In this document: in pieces, positions 11,192-22,115 of the stretch
How positions within the stretch are numbered: the first letter of the stretch is position 1
Layout: each line of letters opens with the position of its first letter
Source of the DNA: Acidobacteriota bacterium
Lineage (GTDB): Bacteria; Acidobacteriota; UBA890; WLXD01
NCBI GenBank assembly: GCA_963666055.2
Contig: CAXWPH010000015.1
Location: 96,001-160,000, forward strand
Direction: 5' to 3'
DNA: 64,000 nucleotides
Made by a program: the position numbers and the translations under genes
Notes under the pieces: model-generated
Databases searched by the model: none
What the model saw: only the letters and a program-made list of their open reading frames with translations
What the model was told of the DNA's origin: nothing

Positions 11192-13275
11192 GATGTTGCC
11201 TCACCCTCGGGCTCCCGCAGAGACATTCGAATCAACGCGTCGGCAACGACAACACCGCTGCCGTCAGGAAGAACCATGAGCGGGTTGATGTCGAGCTCCA
11301 CGAGGGTATCCCAATGGTCGGTGGCGAACTCCGCCACCGAGACGATGGCATCGATCGCCGCATTCCGGTCGCCCGCCGGCGCGCCGCGGAACCCGTCGAG
11401 CAGCCGTGCCACTTTGAGCGATGACAGGGCAGCATCTATCGTCTGCCGGTCGGTTGGGAGCAGCAGCACGGCGGTTTCGGCTAGCAGCTCCACCAGCGCG
11501 CCGCCCGTACCGATCACCATGCTAGGGCCGAATTGCGCGTCCCGCTTCACCCCCACGAGAAGCTCGACCACGGCGCCTTCTACCATCCGCTCGACCAGGA
11601 AACGCTCCGGCCGCTCACCGCGATCGACAGTCGCCTTGGTGATCGCCGCAACCGCGGCCACCACGTCGGCATCGGTATGCAGGTCGAGCACCACCGCGCC
11701 AAGCTCGGACTTGTGGGCAAACTCCGCCCCCAGCGCCTTTACCGCCACCGGGTATCCGATGCGTGCGGCGATGCTAGCCGTCTCCGCAGCCTGGCCGACA
11801 TCGCCAGCGGGCAACACCAGCCCATAGGTACGCAGCCGCTGCTTGCTCTCCCACTCGTCAAGAAGCGCCGCATCGGTCGGCACACCGGTGGACAGCGCTA
11901 CCGCACGACGCGCTTGTCGGTGCCCACGCGGATAGGCGGCCGCAGCAGCAAGAGCGAAGAGCGCATCGTCTAGCCCCTGCAGCGGAGTGACCCCGCAGTC
12001 GATCAGCCGCTCGCGGAGCACCCGGGGCAGCAGCTCGGTGATCGTGCAGACGACGAACGCCGACATGCCGGTAGCTCGATGTGCCGCCACAAAGGCATCC
12101 ACGGCGGTGGTCCACTCGTCGACCTCTTCCGCCTGCACCGTCGGATGGTCGTAAATGAGCAGGGCCGCGTCATGCACGCCGCGCATCGACGTTGTGAAGC
12201 AGCGCTCCTGGGCGGCTCTGTCGCCCCATATGGAGGTGTTGTAGTCGAATGGGTTCGAGACGGTCACGTAATTGGCGAACTCGGCCTCGAGGTCGCAACG
12301 TTGTGCCTCCGTAAACGGTGATGTGCGGAGCCCGTGTTCGTCGGTCAGGTCGGCGAGGATGGCGGCCTCACCTCCCGAGCACGAAAGCGTCACTACATCG
12401 TTGCCGCGCAGCGGGCCCGACACGTCGAACACCTTGAGGGTCTCGAGCAGCTGGTTCAGCGAGCTCACCCGAACGACCCCCAGGCGTTTGAAGTAGGCAT
12501 CGACCAGCGCGTCCGAGCCGGTGACTGAGCTGGTGTGTGTGCTGGCGCGCTCGGCGGCCGCGTCGGTGCGTCCCACCTTCAAGACCACCACTGGCACTCC
12601 CAGGTCCAGGGCACGCAGCGCCGCTCGCTGGAAGCGGTCGACATCGTCCAGGCCCTCCAGGTACATGCCGACGGCACGCACACGGCGATCGTCCAGCAGC
12701 GCGTCGAGATAGTCTCCGGGCGCCAGAACGGCCTGGTTCCCGGTACCGATTACATGGGTAAACCTCACGGATCGCTGATTCATCGTGAGGTTCATGGCGA
12801 TGTTGCCGCTCTGGGAGATCAGCGCCACGCCCTGTTCAACGTGCCCACCGCCGAACAGGTAGGGCCAGAGCGCGCAGTCCTCGACCAGGTTCAGGAAGCC
12901 AAAGGTGTTGGGGCCGACCAGCGGCATGTCGTCCGCCGCTTCGACGAGGCGATCCTGAACCTCCTGCCCCTCGTCGCCCATCTCGGCGAACCCGGCCGCG
13001 TAGCATACGCAGCCGCCCGCGCCCATCGTCGCGAGGCGCGCCACGAGGTCGACGGTGAGATCACGGTTGACCCCGACATAAGCGGCGTCGGGCACCTGGG
13101 GCAGGGATTCGAGAGTCGGGTAGCATCGAACGCCCGCCACCGTCTGACGCTCGGGATGTACCGGCATGATCTCGCCGGCGAAACCGAGCTCCTGGCACCG
13201 CCGGATCGCCATCTCCGCAATCCGCCCGCCAACGAACGCCACGCTTCGTGGCGACAGCAGGCGCCTCAGGTCCAT
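11188..13275 (-). CDS. ADP-forming acyl-CoA synthetase (fused CoA-binding and ATP-grasp domains)
   Basis: [30 protein letters not shown] (phospho-His), HKSELG, ELDINPL. Overlaps the BKACE start (ATGA). Confidence 0.88.
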   Translation of the reverse strand: MDLRRLLSPRSVAFVGGRIAEMAIRRCQELGFAGEIMPVHPERQTVAGVRCYPTLESLPQVPDAAYVGVNRDLTVDLVARLATMGAGGCVCYAAGFAEMGDEGQEVQDRLVEAADDMPLVGPNTFGFLNLVEDCALWPYLFGGGHVEQGVALISQSGNIAMNLTMNQRSVRFTHVIGTGNQAVLAPGDYLDALLDDRRVRAVGMYLEGLDDVDRFQRAALRALDLGVPVVVLKVGRTDAAAERASTHTSSVTGSDALVDAYFKRLGVVRVSSLNQLLETLKVFDVSGPLRGNDVVTLSCSGGEAAILADLTDEHGLRTSPFTEAQRCDLEAEFANYVTVSNPFDYNTSIWGDRAAQERCFTTSMRGVHDAALLIYDHPTVQAEEVDEWTTAVDAFVAAHRATGMSAFVVCTITELLPRVLRERLIDCGVTPLQGLDDALFALAAAAAYPRGHRQARRAVALSTGVPTDAALLDEWESKQRLRTYGLVLPAGDVGQAAETASIAARIGYPVAVKALGAEFAHKSELGAVVLDLHTDADVVAAVAAITKATVDRGERPERFLVERMVEGAVVELLVGVKRDAQFGPSMVIGTGGALVELLAETAVLLLPTDRQTIDAALSSLKVARLLDGFRGAPAGDRNAAIDAIVSVAEFATDHWDTLVELDINPLMVLPDGSGVVVADALIRMSLREPEGEATS

Positions 13276-13281
13276 CCGGCG

Positions 13282-14082
13282 CTACTCGCTCTTGAAGGTG
13301 GGATCACGTTTCTCGACGAAAGCGCTGACCCCTTCCTTGGCGTCCTCGGAGGTCATCATCCGCTCGTAGTGTTCGAAGTTGCCCTCGCGCAGCGCTTCGT
13401 AGGCACGTCGGGGTGCCAGACCCTCCAGGCCTGAGGTCACCTGTTTCATCGCTTGCACCGCCAGGGGAGCCACCTCGGCAATCCGATCTGCCCACTGGCG
13501 CGCCTTGTCCATCAGCTCGGACGGCTCGACCACCGCGTTCACCAGCCCGAGGCCGGCCGCTTCGTCGGCAGTGAGCCAGCGCCCCAGGTAGAGCATCTCC
13601 ATGGCGATGTTGTGGGGCAGCCGCCGCGGCAGGCGCTGCACGGCACCGGCGTCGGGCACCAACCCGAGGGGAAGCTCTGGTAATCGGAAGCTCATGTGAC
13701 TCGCTGCCACCAGGAGATCACAAGCAAGCGCGAGCTCGAACCCGCCGCCGATGGCGTGCCCATTGAGCGCACCGATCACCGGCTTGTGCAGGTCCCAGAG
13801 CTCGGTCAACCCGGCGAATCCGCCGGGACCGTAGTCGGCCTCCCACCAGCGCTCAAACGGCATGTCACCGGCGTCGAGAGCCTTCAGGTCCCAGCCGGCG
13901 CAGAAGATCTTCTCGCCACCCCCGGTGACGATGCCGACTCGGAGGTCGGGATCATCGCGTAGCTCCGCGAACGCCTCGCCGAGAGCAACGCTGGTGGGTA
14001 GATCGATGGCGTTGACCGGTGGTCGATCGAGGGTGACCTCCAGCACGCCGCCTCGTCTCACGACGGCAACGGCTTCACTCAT
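13282..14082 (-). CDS. caiD: Crotonase-family carnitinyl-CoA dehydratase / crotonobetainyl-CoA hydratase
   Basis: FCAGWDLKA, DYGPGGFAGLTE, AIGGGFELALACD, LPELPLGLVPDAG. Carnitine gene context. Confidence 0.78.
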   Translation of the reverse strand: MSEAVAVVRRGGVLEVTLDRPPVNAIDLPTSVALGEAFAELRDDPDLRVGIVTGGGEKIFCAGWDLKALDAGDMPFERWWEADYGPGGFAGLTELWDLHKPVIGALNGHAIGGGFELALACDLLVAASHMSFRLPELPLGLVPDAGAVQRLPRRLPHNIAMEMLYLGRWLTADEAAGLGLVNAVVEPSELMDKARQWADRIAEVAPLAVQAMKQVTSGLEGLAPRRAYEALREGNFEHYERMMTSEDAKEGVSAFVEKRDPTFKSE

Positions 14083-15037
14083 CAGTGCCCTCCGAATTGC
14101 GCCGATCGAGGGCTCTGATGATCTCGATCAGGCTGTCGTCGCGCTCCCGGATAAGCTCCGCGATGCTACGACCGTTAGCTTCTTCATCGCAGCCGTCGAT
14201 CATGCGGCGGCGTAGATCATCGGTCAGCTCGGGAGCTTCGAGCCGCGTCCACGGCCACTTCAAGGCAGGACCGAACTGGTCGAGCACGTGCGCCATTCCG
14301 CCCTCGCCACCGCCAACGTGGAACGCCATCCCCGGTCCCATGATTGCCCAGCGCAGCCCTGGTCCGGCGATAATCGCTTCGTCGATCTCCTGCACCGTCG
14401 CCTCGTCGTTGGCCACCATGTGGAGCATCTCGCGCCACATTGCCTCCTGCAGCCGGGCGGCTATGAAGCCCGGAAGCTCCTTCCGAAGCTTCACGACACG
14501 CTTGCCGACGGCCGAGTAAAAGTCGGCGGCACGGTCGACCGCCGCGGTGCTCGTTTGCCGTCCACCGACCACCTCCACCAGAGGAATCAGGTAGGGCGGA
14601 TTGAACGGATGCCCGACGACGGTGCGCTCGGGATGTACACAGGCAATCTGCATCTCGGACATCGACAGGCCGGAGGTGCTCGACAGCAACAACGTGTCCG
14701 GCTTCGCAGCCGCGTCCATGCGGCAGAATACGTCGATCTTCGATTCGAGGTCCTCCGGGGTGCTTTCCTGAACCACATCGACGTCTGCGGCCGCGGCCTC
14801 CAGGGTGTCGACGAACCTGAGCCGCCGCAACGAGGCACCCGGCTCGAGACCGAGCTTCTCGAGCGCCGGCCAGGCGATCTCGGTCAGACGGTCGAAACGC
14901 GCACGAGCTTCCGGATGCGGGTCGAAGGCGACTACGTCCAGTCCCTGGGCGAGAAAGTGCAGCGCCCAGCCGCCGCCGATCACGCCGGTACCGACGATTC
15001 CGACAGCCGAGACCGGGGGCGCCTCGAGCGTCGTCAC
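14075..15037 (-). CDS. lcdH: L-carnitine 3-dehydrogenase (3-hydroxyacyl-CoA dehydrogenase family), without a fused thioesterase
   Basis: GTGVIGGGWA Rossmann motif, QESTPE, SSTSG, GHPFNPPYLIPLVE, GPGLRWAIMG, GGEGGMAH, QFGPALKWPWT. Confidence 0.85.
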   Translation of the reverse strand: MTTLEAPPVSAVGIVGTGVIGGGWALHFLAQGLDVVAFDPHPEARARFDRLTEIAWPALEKLGLEPGASLRRLRFVDTLEAAAADVDVVQESTPEDLESKIDVFCRMDAAAKPDTLLLSSTSGLSMSEMQIACVHPERTVVGHPFNPPYLIPLVEVVGGRQTSTAAVDRAADFYSAVGKRVVKLRKELPGFIAARLQEAMWREMLHMVANDEATVQEIDEAIIAGPGLRWAIMGPGMAFHVGGGEGGMAHVLDQFGPALKWPWTRLEAPELTDDLRRRMIDGCDEEANGRSIAELIRERDDSLIEIIRALDRRNSEGTDE

Positions 15038-15077
15038 CGCAATGCCACCCGCGGCGGGCGCCAGCCAGTGCCCCTGA

Positions 15078-15494
15078 TCATGCTTCAGTCGGTCCCGGTG
15101 CCGTCCGTATCGGCCGGTAGGCGACGACCTCGACCTCTACCCGAACGTCGACCAGTAGATCACTGACGACGGCCGATCGAGCGGGCGGCTCTGCCGGGAA
15201 ATATTCACCGTAAACAGCGTTGAACCCAGCGAAGTCAGCCCGGTCGCGCATCCATACCGTCGACTTCACGACATCCGCGAGAACGCATCCGGCCTCCCCC
15301 AGCGTACCCTTGATCAGATCAAGCACGATCCTCGTTTGATCTTCAATCGAGCCAGCAGTAACCACTTCGCCGTTGCGGATCGGGATCTGCCCGGCCAGAA
15401 AGACGAAATCACCGGCACGAATCGCCGTCGAGACCGACAGCTTGCGACCGTCGATGCTGACGGCGCCCCCGACCACCTGTCGTCCAGTGCTCAA
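15078..15494 (-). CDS. RidA/YjgF family protein
   Basis: AIRAGDFVFLAGQ, FAGFNAVYGEYF...PPARS, VEVEVVAY. Confidence 0.88.
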   Translation of the reverse strand: MSTGRQVVGGAVSIDGRKLSVSTAIRAGDFVFLAGQIPIRNGEVVTAGSIEDQTRIVLDLIKGTLGEAGCVLADVVKSTVWMRDRADFAGFNAVYGEYFPAEPPARSAVVSDLLVDVRVEVEVVAYRPIRTAPGPTEA

Positions 15495-15719
15495 TCGCCA
15501 GCCTCCTCAGTCGGCCCCACGGTGGATCTCGCTCGGGCGCGGGCCCCTCATCTTATGCGTGGGGTCCCTCGACGTCACTTGATGTAAGCGCGATCAGGAT
15601 GCACAACTAGTGGCCTGTAACAGATGATCGTTGCATATCGTGGCGAGCGCGACCGGGGCGAGTCCGCGGAGCGGCCGAGGACGGCGATGTTCGTACATCG
15701 CCGAGGAGCTGCGACATCG

Positions 15720-17276
15720 ATGGAGCCCCCGGAAATCAACCAACCAATGATTCGTAACGTACCGGTCGAAGGCCCGGCAATCGATCGCGTGATGTTCACC
15801 GTGGTCATCGTCGTGGTCGCCGCCGCCTGCGTTCCGCTCGGGCTCATGCCGGAGCGCGCCACGGCATTCGTCTCCGATCTGTACGACGGCATCACGCACA
15901 ACTTCGGCTTCCTCTACCAGTGGTGCGCCATCGGCACGATCCTGTTCATGATCTGGCTGGCGACTGGCCGCTTCGCTCACGTGCGGCTGGGGGGAGCCGG
16001 CGAGCGGCCGGATTTCTCCACGTTCTCATGGGCGGGCATGTTGTTTTGCGCCGGCACCGGCGCGTCGCTGCTGGTCTGGGGAGGCGTGGAGTGGATCACC
16101 TACTACAACGCTCCGCCGTTCGGAGCTGAGCCCCGCTCCGTCGAGGCCATCGAATGGGCCACCGCCTACGGCCCATTTCACTGGGGCGTGACCGCCTGGA
16201 GCCTGTACGCCCTGGCGACCATCGCCATCGCCTATCCGTTCTACGTGCAGCGCGTGCCGCATCTGTGCGCCAGCACTTCGTGGCACGCTTTGCTCGGACC
16301 CGAGGGCCATCGCAGCATCGTTGGGCGCGCCGTCAACTTGGCCGCCATGCTGGGCCTTCTGGGCGGTGCCGGCACCTCGCTGGGGCTCATCGCGCCGATG
16401 ATCGCCGCCGTCACCGCCGAGCTCTTCGGCGTCGAGCCGTCGTTCGCCCTGGAGACGGGGGTGGTGGTCTTCTGCGTCGGGCTGTTCGGGATCAGCGTCT
16501 ACCTGGGCCTCGAACGGGGCATCAAGCGGCTCAGCGACCTCAACGTCGTGCTGGCGTTGCTATTCCTCGCCTACATCCTTCTGGTGGGACCGACGCTGTT
16601 CATCCTCAAGACCGCTACCGACACCGTGGGCTTCATGGCTCAGAACTTCGTCCGCATGATGACCTGGACCGATGCCGTTGAGTCGACGGGCTTCGTGGAG
16701 GCCTGGACCATTTTCTACTGGGCCTGGTGGATCGCCTTCGCCCCGGTGATCGGGATCTTCGTGACTCGCATCTCGCGCGGACGGACCATACGGCAGGTCA
16801 TCGTATCGATGATCTTCTTCGGTACGCTGGGCTGTTGGGTCTTCTACTTCGTGATGGGCAACTACGCCCTGTATCTGGAGCTGGAGAACATGCTCCCGCT
16901 GAGCGCGATACTGGCGGACAGCGGCATGAACGCCGCCACGGCACAGATCGTCGCGTCGCTGCCGTACGGTGCCCTGGCGCTCGCCGTGCTGGCTGTGGTC
17001 AGCAGCGTGTCGGTGGCCACAACGTACGATTCGGCGTCGTATACGCTCGCCGCAACGGTCACCGCCGAGCTCGGGCCGAACCAGAACCCGACCCGCGGGC
17101 ATCGTCTGTTCTGGGCGCTGGTCATCGGCGTGCTGCCGATCTTCATGATGCTCGTCGGCGGCCTTCAGGTAATTCGCCTGGGGGTATTGATCGGGTCGTT
17201 CCCGGTGTTGTTTATTGGCATCGGCATGGCCATCTCGCTGGTCAAGTCGCTGAACCAGTCGGTGGAGACGAGATGA
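15720..17276 (+). CDS. BCCT family betaine/carnitine/choline transporter
   Basis: SWAGMLFCAGTG, FHWG, GIKRLS, WTIFYWAWWIAFAP aromatic box, RISRGRTIRQ. GAGGAG RBS upstream of the ATG at 15720. Confidence 0.92.
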   Translation: MEPPEINQPMIRNVPVEGPAIDRVMFTVVIVVVAAACVPLGLMPERATAFVSDLYDGITHNFGFLYQWCAIGTILFMIWLATGRFAHVRLGGAGERPDFSTFSWAGMLFCAGTGASLLVWGGVEWITYYNAPPFGAEPRSVEAIEWATAYGPFHWGVTAWSLYALATIAIAYPFYVQRVPHLCASTSWHALLGPEGHRSIVGRAVNLAAMLGLLGGAGTSLGLIAPMIAAVTAELFGVEPSFALETGVVVFCVGLFGISVYLGLERGIKRLSDLNVVLALLFLAYILLVGPTLFILKTATDTVGFMAQNFVRMMTWTDAVESTGFVEAWTIFYWAWWIAFAPVIGIFVTRISRGRTIRQVIVSMIFFGTLGCWVFYFVMGNYALYLELENMLPLSAILADSGMNAATAQIVASLPYGALALAVLAVVSSVSVATTYDSASYTLAATVTAELGPNQNPTRGHRLFWALVIGVLPIFMMLVGGLQVIRLGVLIGSFPVLFIGIGMAISLVKSLNQSVETR

Positions 17277-18364
17277 GGGTCCTGGCAGAGTGCGGAAGAG
17301 CCCTTTGGTGTGGGGCGGTGCTCGTCGGGCTGGCCTTGCCCGTCATGGCACAGACCCAGTCCGACGACACCAAGCAATGGGTCATGCCGCGGACGCCCGA
17401 CGGCCATCCGGATCTGCAGGGCAACTGGACCAACGCGACGATTACCCCCATTCAGCGCCCCGAGGGTCAGGCCCCGGTGCTCGCCGCGGAGCAGGTCGCC
17501 GAGATCGAAGGGCGTCGGCAGGGCCGGATCGATTCACGCGCCCAGCCCAGCGACCCTGACCGCCAGGCGCCGCCGGTGGGTGGCGATGGCTCGACTGGAG
17601 CCGCAGGCGGGGTGGGAGGCTACAACTACTTCTACATTGATGCCGGCGACCGGGTGGCCGTCTTCAACGGCAAGCCGCGAAGCTCATTGGTGGTGGATCC
17701 CGCGGACGGCCGGTTTCCGCCGCTGACGCGCGCCGCGCAGGAGACGCGTAAGGAGGCCGCCGCGCGGCGAGCCGAGTTCGGCGACTACGACAACCCGGAG
17801 AACCGGCCGCTCGGCGAACGCTGCCTCAAGTCGTTCGGCTCCAATGCCGGCCCACCGATGCTTCCCAACTATTTCTACAACAACAGCTACACCATCGTGC
17901 AGACCGCCGATCACGTGATGATCATGACCGAGATGGTGCACGATGTGCGGATCATCAGGCTGGGCGAGCCTACCCCACTGGCGGAGCACATCCGCCCATG
18001 GATGGGTGACTCGTGGGGTTGGTGGGAAGGCGACACGCTGGTCGTCGAGACCACCAATCTCCCCTCGAAGCAGATCAACGGGCAGCTGTGGATCTACCCC
18101 GGCGGCTCCGAGGACATGAAGGTAACCGAGCGCTTCACCCGGGCCGACGAGCAGACGATCAACTACCAATTCACGGTGCACGACCCCAACACCTACACGC
18201 GTCCGTGGAGTGGGGAGGTGCCGTTCAAAGCGCTTGGCGACCTGGTCTATGAATATGCGTGCCACGAGGCGAACTACGCACTCTTCAACGTGCTGAGCGG
18301 GGCGCGCGCCCAGGAACGCGCCGCGGCGGAGAAGGGCCCGGAACCGAGCAGTCGCCCAGATTGA
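17273..18364 (+). CDS. Conserved secreted protein of unknown function
   Basis: ATG overlaps the BCCT stop (ATGA). Signal peptide, PRTPDGHPDLQGNW, GDSWGWWEGDTLVVETTN, C-terminal EYACHE. Confidence 0.75.
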   Translation: MRVLAECGRALWCGAVLVGLALPVMAQTQSDDTKQWVMPRTPDGHPDLQGNWTNATITPIQRPEGQAPVLAAEQVAEIEGRRQGRIDSRAQPSDPDRQAPPVGGDGSTGAAGGVGGYNYFYIDAGDRVAVFNGKPRSSLVVDPADGRFPPLTRAAQETRKEAAARRAEFGDYDNPENRPLGERCLKSFGSNAGPPMLPNYFYNNSYTIVQTADHVMIMTEMVHDVRIIRLGEPTPLAEHIRPWMGDSWGWWEGDTLVVETTNLPSKQINGQLWIYPGGSEDMKVTERFTRADEQTINYQFTVHDPNTYTRPWSGEVPFKALGDLVYEYACHEANYALFNVLSGARAQERAAAEKGPEPSSRPD

Positions 18365-18381
18365 GGGTTGCGGGGACCCGC

Positions 18382-19605
18382 ATGCGGGGACGCATCATCT
18401 GGTCGATCGTTGTCCTGTCCGCGTTGCCGGTTGCGAGCATCGGTCAGGATCAGGCGGCCTCTGTTACGGCTTTCGAGATCAGCGTCGACGACGAGGTTCT
18501 CGACGATCTCCGACAGCGCCTCGAGCGCACCCGCTTTCCGGATCAGATCAGTGGGGCGGGCTGGGACTACGGTACCGAGCTCGGATACCTGCGTGAGCTG
18601 ATCGGATACTGGCTCACCGAGTACGACTGGCGTCAGCAGGAGCGCCGGCTCAACCGCTTCGACCAATTCACCACCGAGATCGACGACCTGCGAGTTCACT
18701 TCATCCATCAGCGCTCGAAGGAATCCGACGCGATGCCGCTGGTGATCACCCATGGTTGGCCGGGGTCGGTCTTCGAGTTCGCCAAGATCATCGGACCGCT
18801 GACCGATCCGGTTGCCTACGGGGGCCGTGCCGAGGACGCGTTTCATGTGATCTGCCCCTCGATACCCGGCTACGGCTTCTCCGGGAAGCCCAACGAGAGG
18901 GGGTTCAACAGCGGGCGGATGGGCCAGGTCGTCGCCCAGCTGATGGCACGCCTCGGCTACGAGCGTTACGGCGTTCAGGGAGGAGACTGGGGCTCATCGG
19001 TGAGCGCTTGGCTGGGTCGCAACGAGCCCGATCACGTTGCCGGCGTGCACCTGAACTTCATCTGGATCGGACCACCCGCCGGCGCCGAAGACCCCGACGC
19101 AAGTCTCTCCGGTCGGGAGATCGAGTGGTTGGAGCGGCGCCAGGTCTGGTTGAGCGAAGAATGGGGCTATGGCCAGATCCAAGGCACCAAGCCGCAGACG
19201 CTTGGCTACGCCCTCAACGACTCTCCGGCCGGGCTGGCCGCCTGGCTGGTCGAGAAATTCCGCCGCTGGAGTGATAGCGACGGCAATGTGGAGAGCAGAT
19301 TCAGCAAGGATGAGCTGATCACCAACGTCATGCTCTACTGGGTGACGGAGTCGATCACTTCCTCCGTGCGGCTCTACTATGAAGGGAGGCACTCAGTGAG
19401 CCCGGGAGTGGATGGGCCGGTGGAGGTCCCCACCGCGTACGCCGTGTTCCCCAAGGAGGTTGTGCTGTCGCCGCGAAGCTGGGTCGAGGCCCGTTACAAC
19501 ATCACGCGCTGGACCGAGATGCCACGCGGCGGCCACTTCGCCGCGCTCGAAGAGCCCGAGCTGCTCGTCGACGATATCCGCGCCTTCTTCCGACAGCTCC
19601 GCTGA
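18382..19605 (+). CDS. Epoxide hydrolase (EHN domain plus alpha/beta hydrolase) with a signal peptide
   Basis: HGWPGS oxyanion motif, QGGDWGS nucleophile, GGHFAALEEP catalytic His. Confidence 0.9.
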   Translation: MRGRIIWSIVVLSALPVASIGQDQAASVTAFEISVDDEVLDDLRQRLERTRFPDQISGAGWDYGTELGYLRELIGYWLTEYDWRQQERRLNRFDQFTTEIDDLRVHFIHQRSKESDAMPLVITHGWPGSVFEFAKIIGPLTDPVAYGGRAEDAFHVICPSIPGYGFSGKPNERGFNSGRMGQVVAQLMARLGYERYGVQGGDWGSSVSAWLGRNEPDHVAGVHLNFIWIGPPAGAEDPDASLSGREIEWLERRQVWLSEEWGYGQIQGTKPQTLGYALNDSPAGLAAWLVEKFRRWSDSDGNVESRFSKDELITNVMLYWVTESITSSVRLYYEGRHSVSPGVDGPVEVPTAYAVFPKEVVLSPRSWVEARYNITRWTEMPRGGHFAALEEPELLVDDIRAFFRQLR

Positions 19606-19683
19606 TCGACGTCGCCCGAGCGCCCGAGTCGATCCATCGCGATCAGCGGACCGCACGGAGCGGAGGTCGAGGGATCCACTGAG

Positions 19684-21903
19684 TCATACCGTAGAACCCT
19701 CCGCTCTATGCGCGACGCTACGGGCCTTTAACTGTCTGCGACGCGAATGGAGCACGGTCTCGGTGTAGCCGTTGGGCTCGTCCCGACCCTTCAGGACCAA
19801 ATCCAGCGCCGCCTGGAACTCCACGCTGGCTTCAAGGTCCGGGGTCATCGGCGTGTACGCCGGATCCTCGGCATTCTGCCGGTCGACGACCGCGGCCATC
19901 CTCTCGAAAGTAACGACGACCTGGTCCTGGGTAACCACCGCATGGTGAAGCCAGTTGGCAATGTGCTGGCTAGAGATTCGGAGGGTGGCGCGATCCTCCA
20001 TCAGCCCCACTTCACCAATATCCGGTACCTTGGAACAGCCGATCCCCTGTCCGACCCAGCGGACGACGTAGCCGAGAATGCCCTGCGCGTTGTTGTCCAG
20101 CTCCTGCTGGATCTCCTCGTCGGTCAGTCGGCGGCTACCGAGAAGCGGTGGCGTGAGGATGGCGCCCAGGTCGGCGCGGGCGCGGGCGGCTATCGCCGCC
20201 TGGACCTCCCGTACGTTCACTCGGTGGTAGTGCAGCGCATGCAGCGTCGCGGCGGTCGGCGAGGGCACCCATGCGGTGTTGGCGCCCGACGCCGGGTGCT
20301 CGCCCTTTGTCTCGACCATTGCACTCATCAGATCGGGCATCGCCCACATGCCTTTACCGATCTGACCCCGCCCAGGAAGGCCACATTCGATGCCCACGTC
20401 GACGTTCCAATCCTCGTACGCCAGCATCCACGGGCAGCTCTTGATCTCCGGCTTCGGGATCATCGGCCCGGCCTGCATGCTGGTGTGGATCTCGTCACCG
20501 GTGCGATCAAGGAATCCCGTGTTGATGAAGATCACCCGATCCTTGGCGGCGCGAATGCACTCCTTGAGATTCACCGTGGTGCGCCGCTCCTCGTCCATGA
20601 TCCCGATCTTGATCGTCGTGGGCGGCAGCTCGAGCGCTTGCTCGACACGATCGAACAGCTCGACCGTGGCGGCCACCTCCTCGGGCCCGTGGAGCTTGGG
20701 CTTGACGATGTAGATGCTGCCGGTGCGGCTGTTGCGCACCGGGCTGTTTCCGTTCACATCGTGAATGGCGGCGAAAGCGGTGATCAGCGCGTCGAGGAAC
20801 CCCTCGGGGATCGCCTCCCCCGCCGTGGTCGTCACCGCGTCGGTGTACATGTGGATCCCGACATTTCGCACCAACAGCAGGCTGCGCCCGGGCAAGGTGA
20901 GCATGCCGCCAGGCGCGGCTCGATACGTTCGATCGGGATTGAGCCGGCGGGTAACCGGCTCGAGGTTCTTCGTGAAGGATGCCTCGAGGGAGCCCTTCAT
21001 GATCCCGAGCCAATTGCGATAGACGACCACCTTGTCGGCCGCATCGACGGCGGCAACGGAATCCTCGCAGTCCTGGATTGTCGTGACGGCGCTCTCCAGC
21101 TGCACGTCGCTCACACCCGCCGGATGCGCTGCCCCGACCGGATGGCTGCGATCGATGCGGATTTCAATGTGCAGTCCATTGTTGCTGAGCAGTACCGCGC
21201 TGAGGGTACCCGCCTCCTCCGTGTAGCCGACCAGCTCCGACTCTTCTGCGAGCCGCGTCTGCTGCCCGTTGGCGAGCCGAACGATCAGCCGCTTGCCGTC
21301 CTCACCGTCTTCGAGCTGAAACGCAACGGCATCAGAGTGGCTGTCCTGAGCAAGCGGAGCTACGTCATCGAGGAACTGCTCAGCCCATGCGACGACTCGG
21401 GAGCCTCTAACGACGTTGTACGCGGCCCCTTTCGTCGCCCCGTCGTCCTCGGGGATCACGTCGGTCCCGTAGAGCGCATCGTAGAGGCTTCCCCAGCGCG
21501 CGTTGGCCGCATTCAAGGCATATCGAGCGTTGTCCAGCGGCACGACGAGCTGCGGGCCGGCGATCGACGTGATCTCCGCATCGACGTTCTCGGTGGTGAT
21601 CTGGAAATCTTCGCCCTCGGGAAGCAGGTAGCCCGTAGACAGGAGGAAATCCCGGTACTCGTTCTCGTCGATAGCCTGCCCGAATCGTTCCTGATGCCAG
21701 CTGTCGAGCTGTTGCTCATGGTGGGCGCGGGCCTCCAGCAACCGGCGATTCTCCGGTCCGAGATCCTCCACGATGCGGCCGAGAGCCTTCCACACCTCGT
21801 CAGGGTCCAGCCCCGTACCAGGGGCGATCTCGGATCGAACCAAGTCGTACAGCGGCTTGGCGACGCTGAGATCGTGAACCTCGATGAAATCGCTCGCGCT
21901 CAA
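19684..21903 (-). CDS. glcB: Malate synthase G
   Basis: 739 aa. [73 protein letters not shown]. Confidence 0.97.
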   Translation of the reverse strand: MSASDFIEVHDLSVAKPLYDLVRSEIAPGTGLDPDEVWKALGRIVEDLGPENRRLLEARAHHEQQLDSWHQERFGQAIDENEYRDFLLSTGYLLPEGEDFQITTENVDAEITSIAGPQLVVPLDNARYALNAANARWGSLYDALYGTDVIPEDDGATKGAAYNVVRGSRVVAWAEQFLDDVAPLAQDSHSDAVAFQLEDGEDGKRLIVRLANGQQTRLAEESELVGYTEEAGTLSAVLLSNNGLHIEIRIDRSHPVGAAHPAGVSDVQLESAVTTIQDCEDSVAAVDAADKVVVYRNWLGIMKGSLEASFTKNLEPVTRRLNPDRTYRAAPGGMLTLPGRSLLLVRNVGIHMYTDAVTTTAGEAIPEGFLDALITAFAAIHDVNGNSPVRNSRTGSIYIVKPKLHGPEEVAATVELFDRVEQALELPPTTIKIGIMDEERRTTVNLKECIRAAKDRVIFINTGFLDRTGDEIHTSMQAGPMIPKPEIKSCPWMLAYEDWNVDVGIECGLPGRGQIGKGMWAMPDLMSAMVETKGEHPASGANTAWVPSPTAATLHALHYHRVNVREVQAAIAARARADLGAILTPPLLGSRRLTDEEIQQELDNNAQGILGYVVRWVGQGIGCSKVPDIGEVGLMEDRATLRISSQHIANWLHHAVVTQDQVVVTFERMAAVVDRQNAEDPAYTPMTPDLEASVEFQAALDLVLKGRDEPNGYTETVLHSRRRQLKARSVAHRAEGSTV

Positions 21904-22115
21904 GGATCCCTCCTGCGCTCAAGGCAACCGCGCCGGGCGTTTGCCACGCTAGATTGGAAACCTACACTGGCTGAGCACCGCCCGCCTGCGTCGAACGCAG
22001 CAGACGTCCGGACACCCGCCGAAGGCATCCTCGCCAGCCTGACTCGACTGCACCATGCTCGCCAGGGAATGAAGTACGGTTGCGCCGAGACTCGCCTCAA
22101 CAGGAGCGCACCAGC

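Noticed and set aside
21904-22115. Possible glycine riboswitch upstream of glcB (CGCCGAAGG present)
   Set aside because: The motif is on the wrong strand for glcB and the GGAGA and CTCAGG partner elements are absent.
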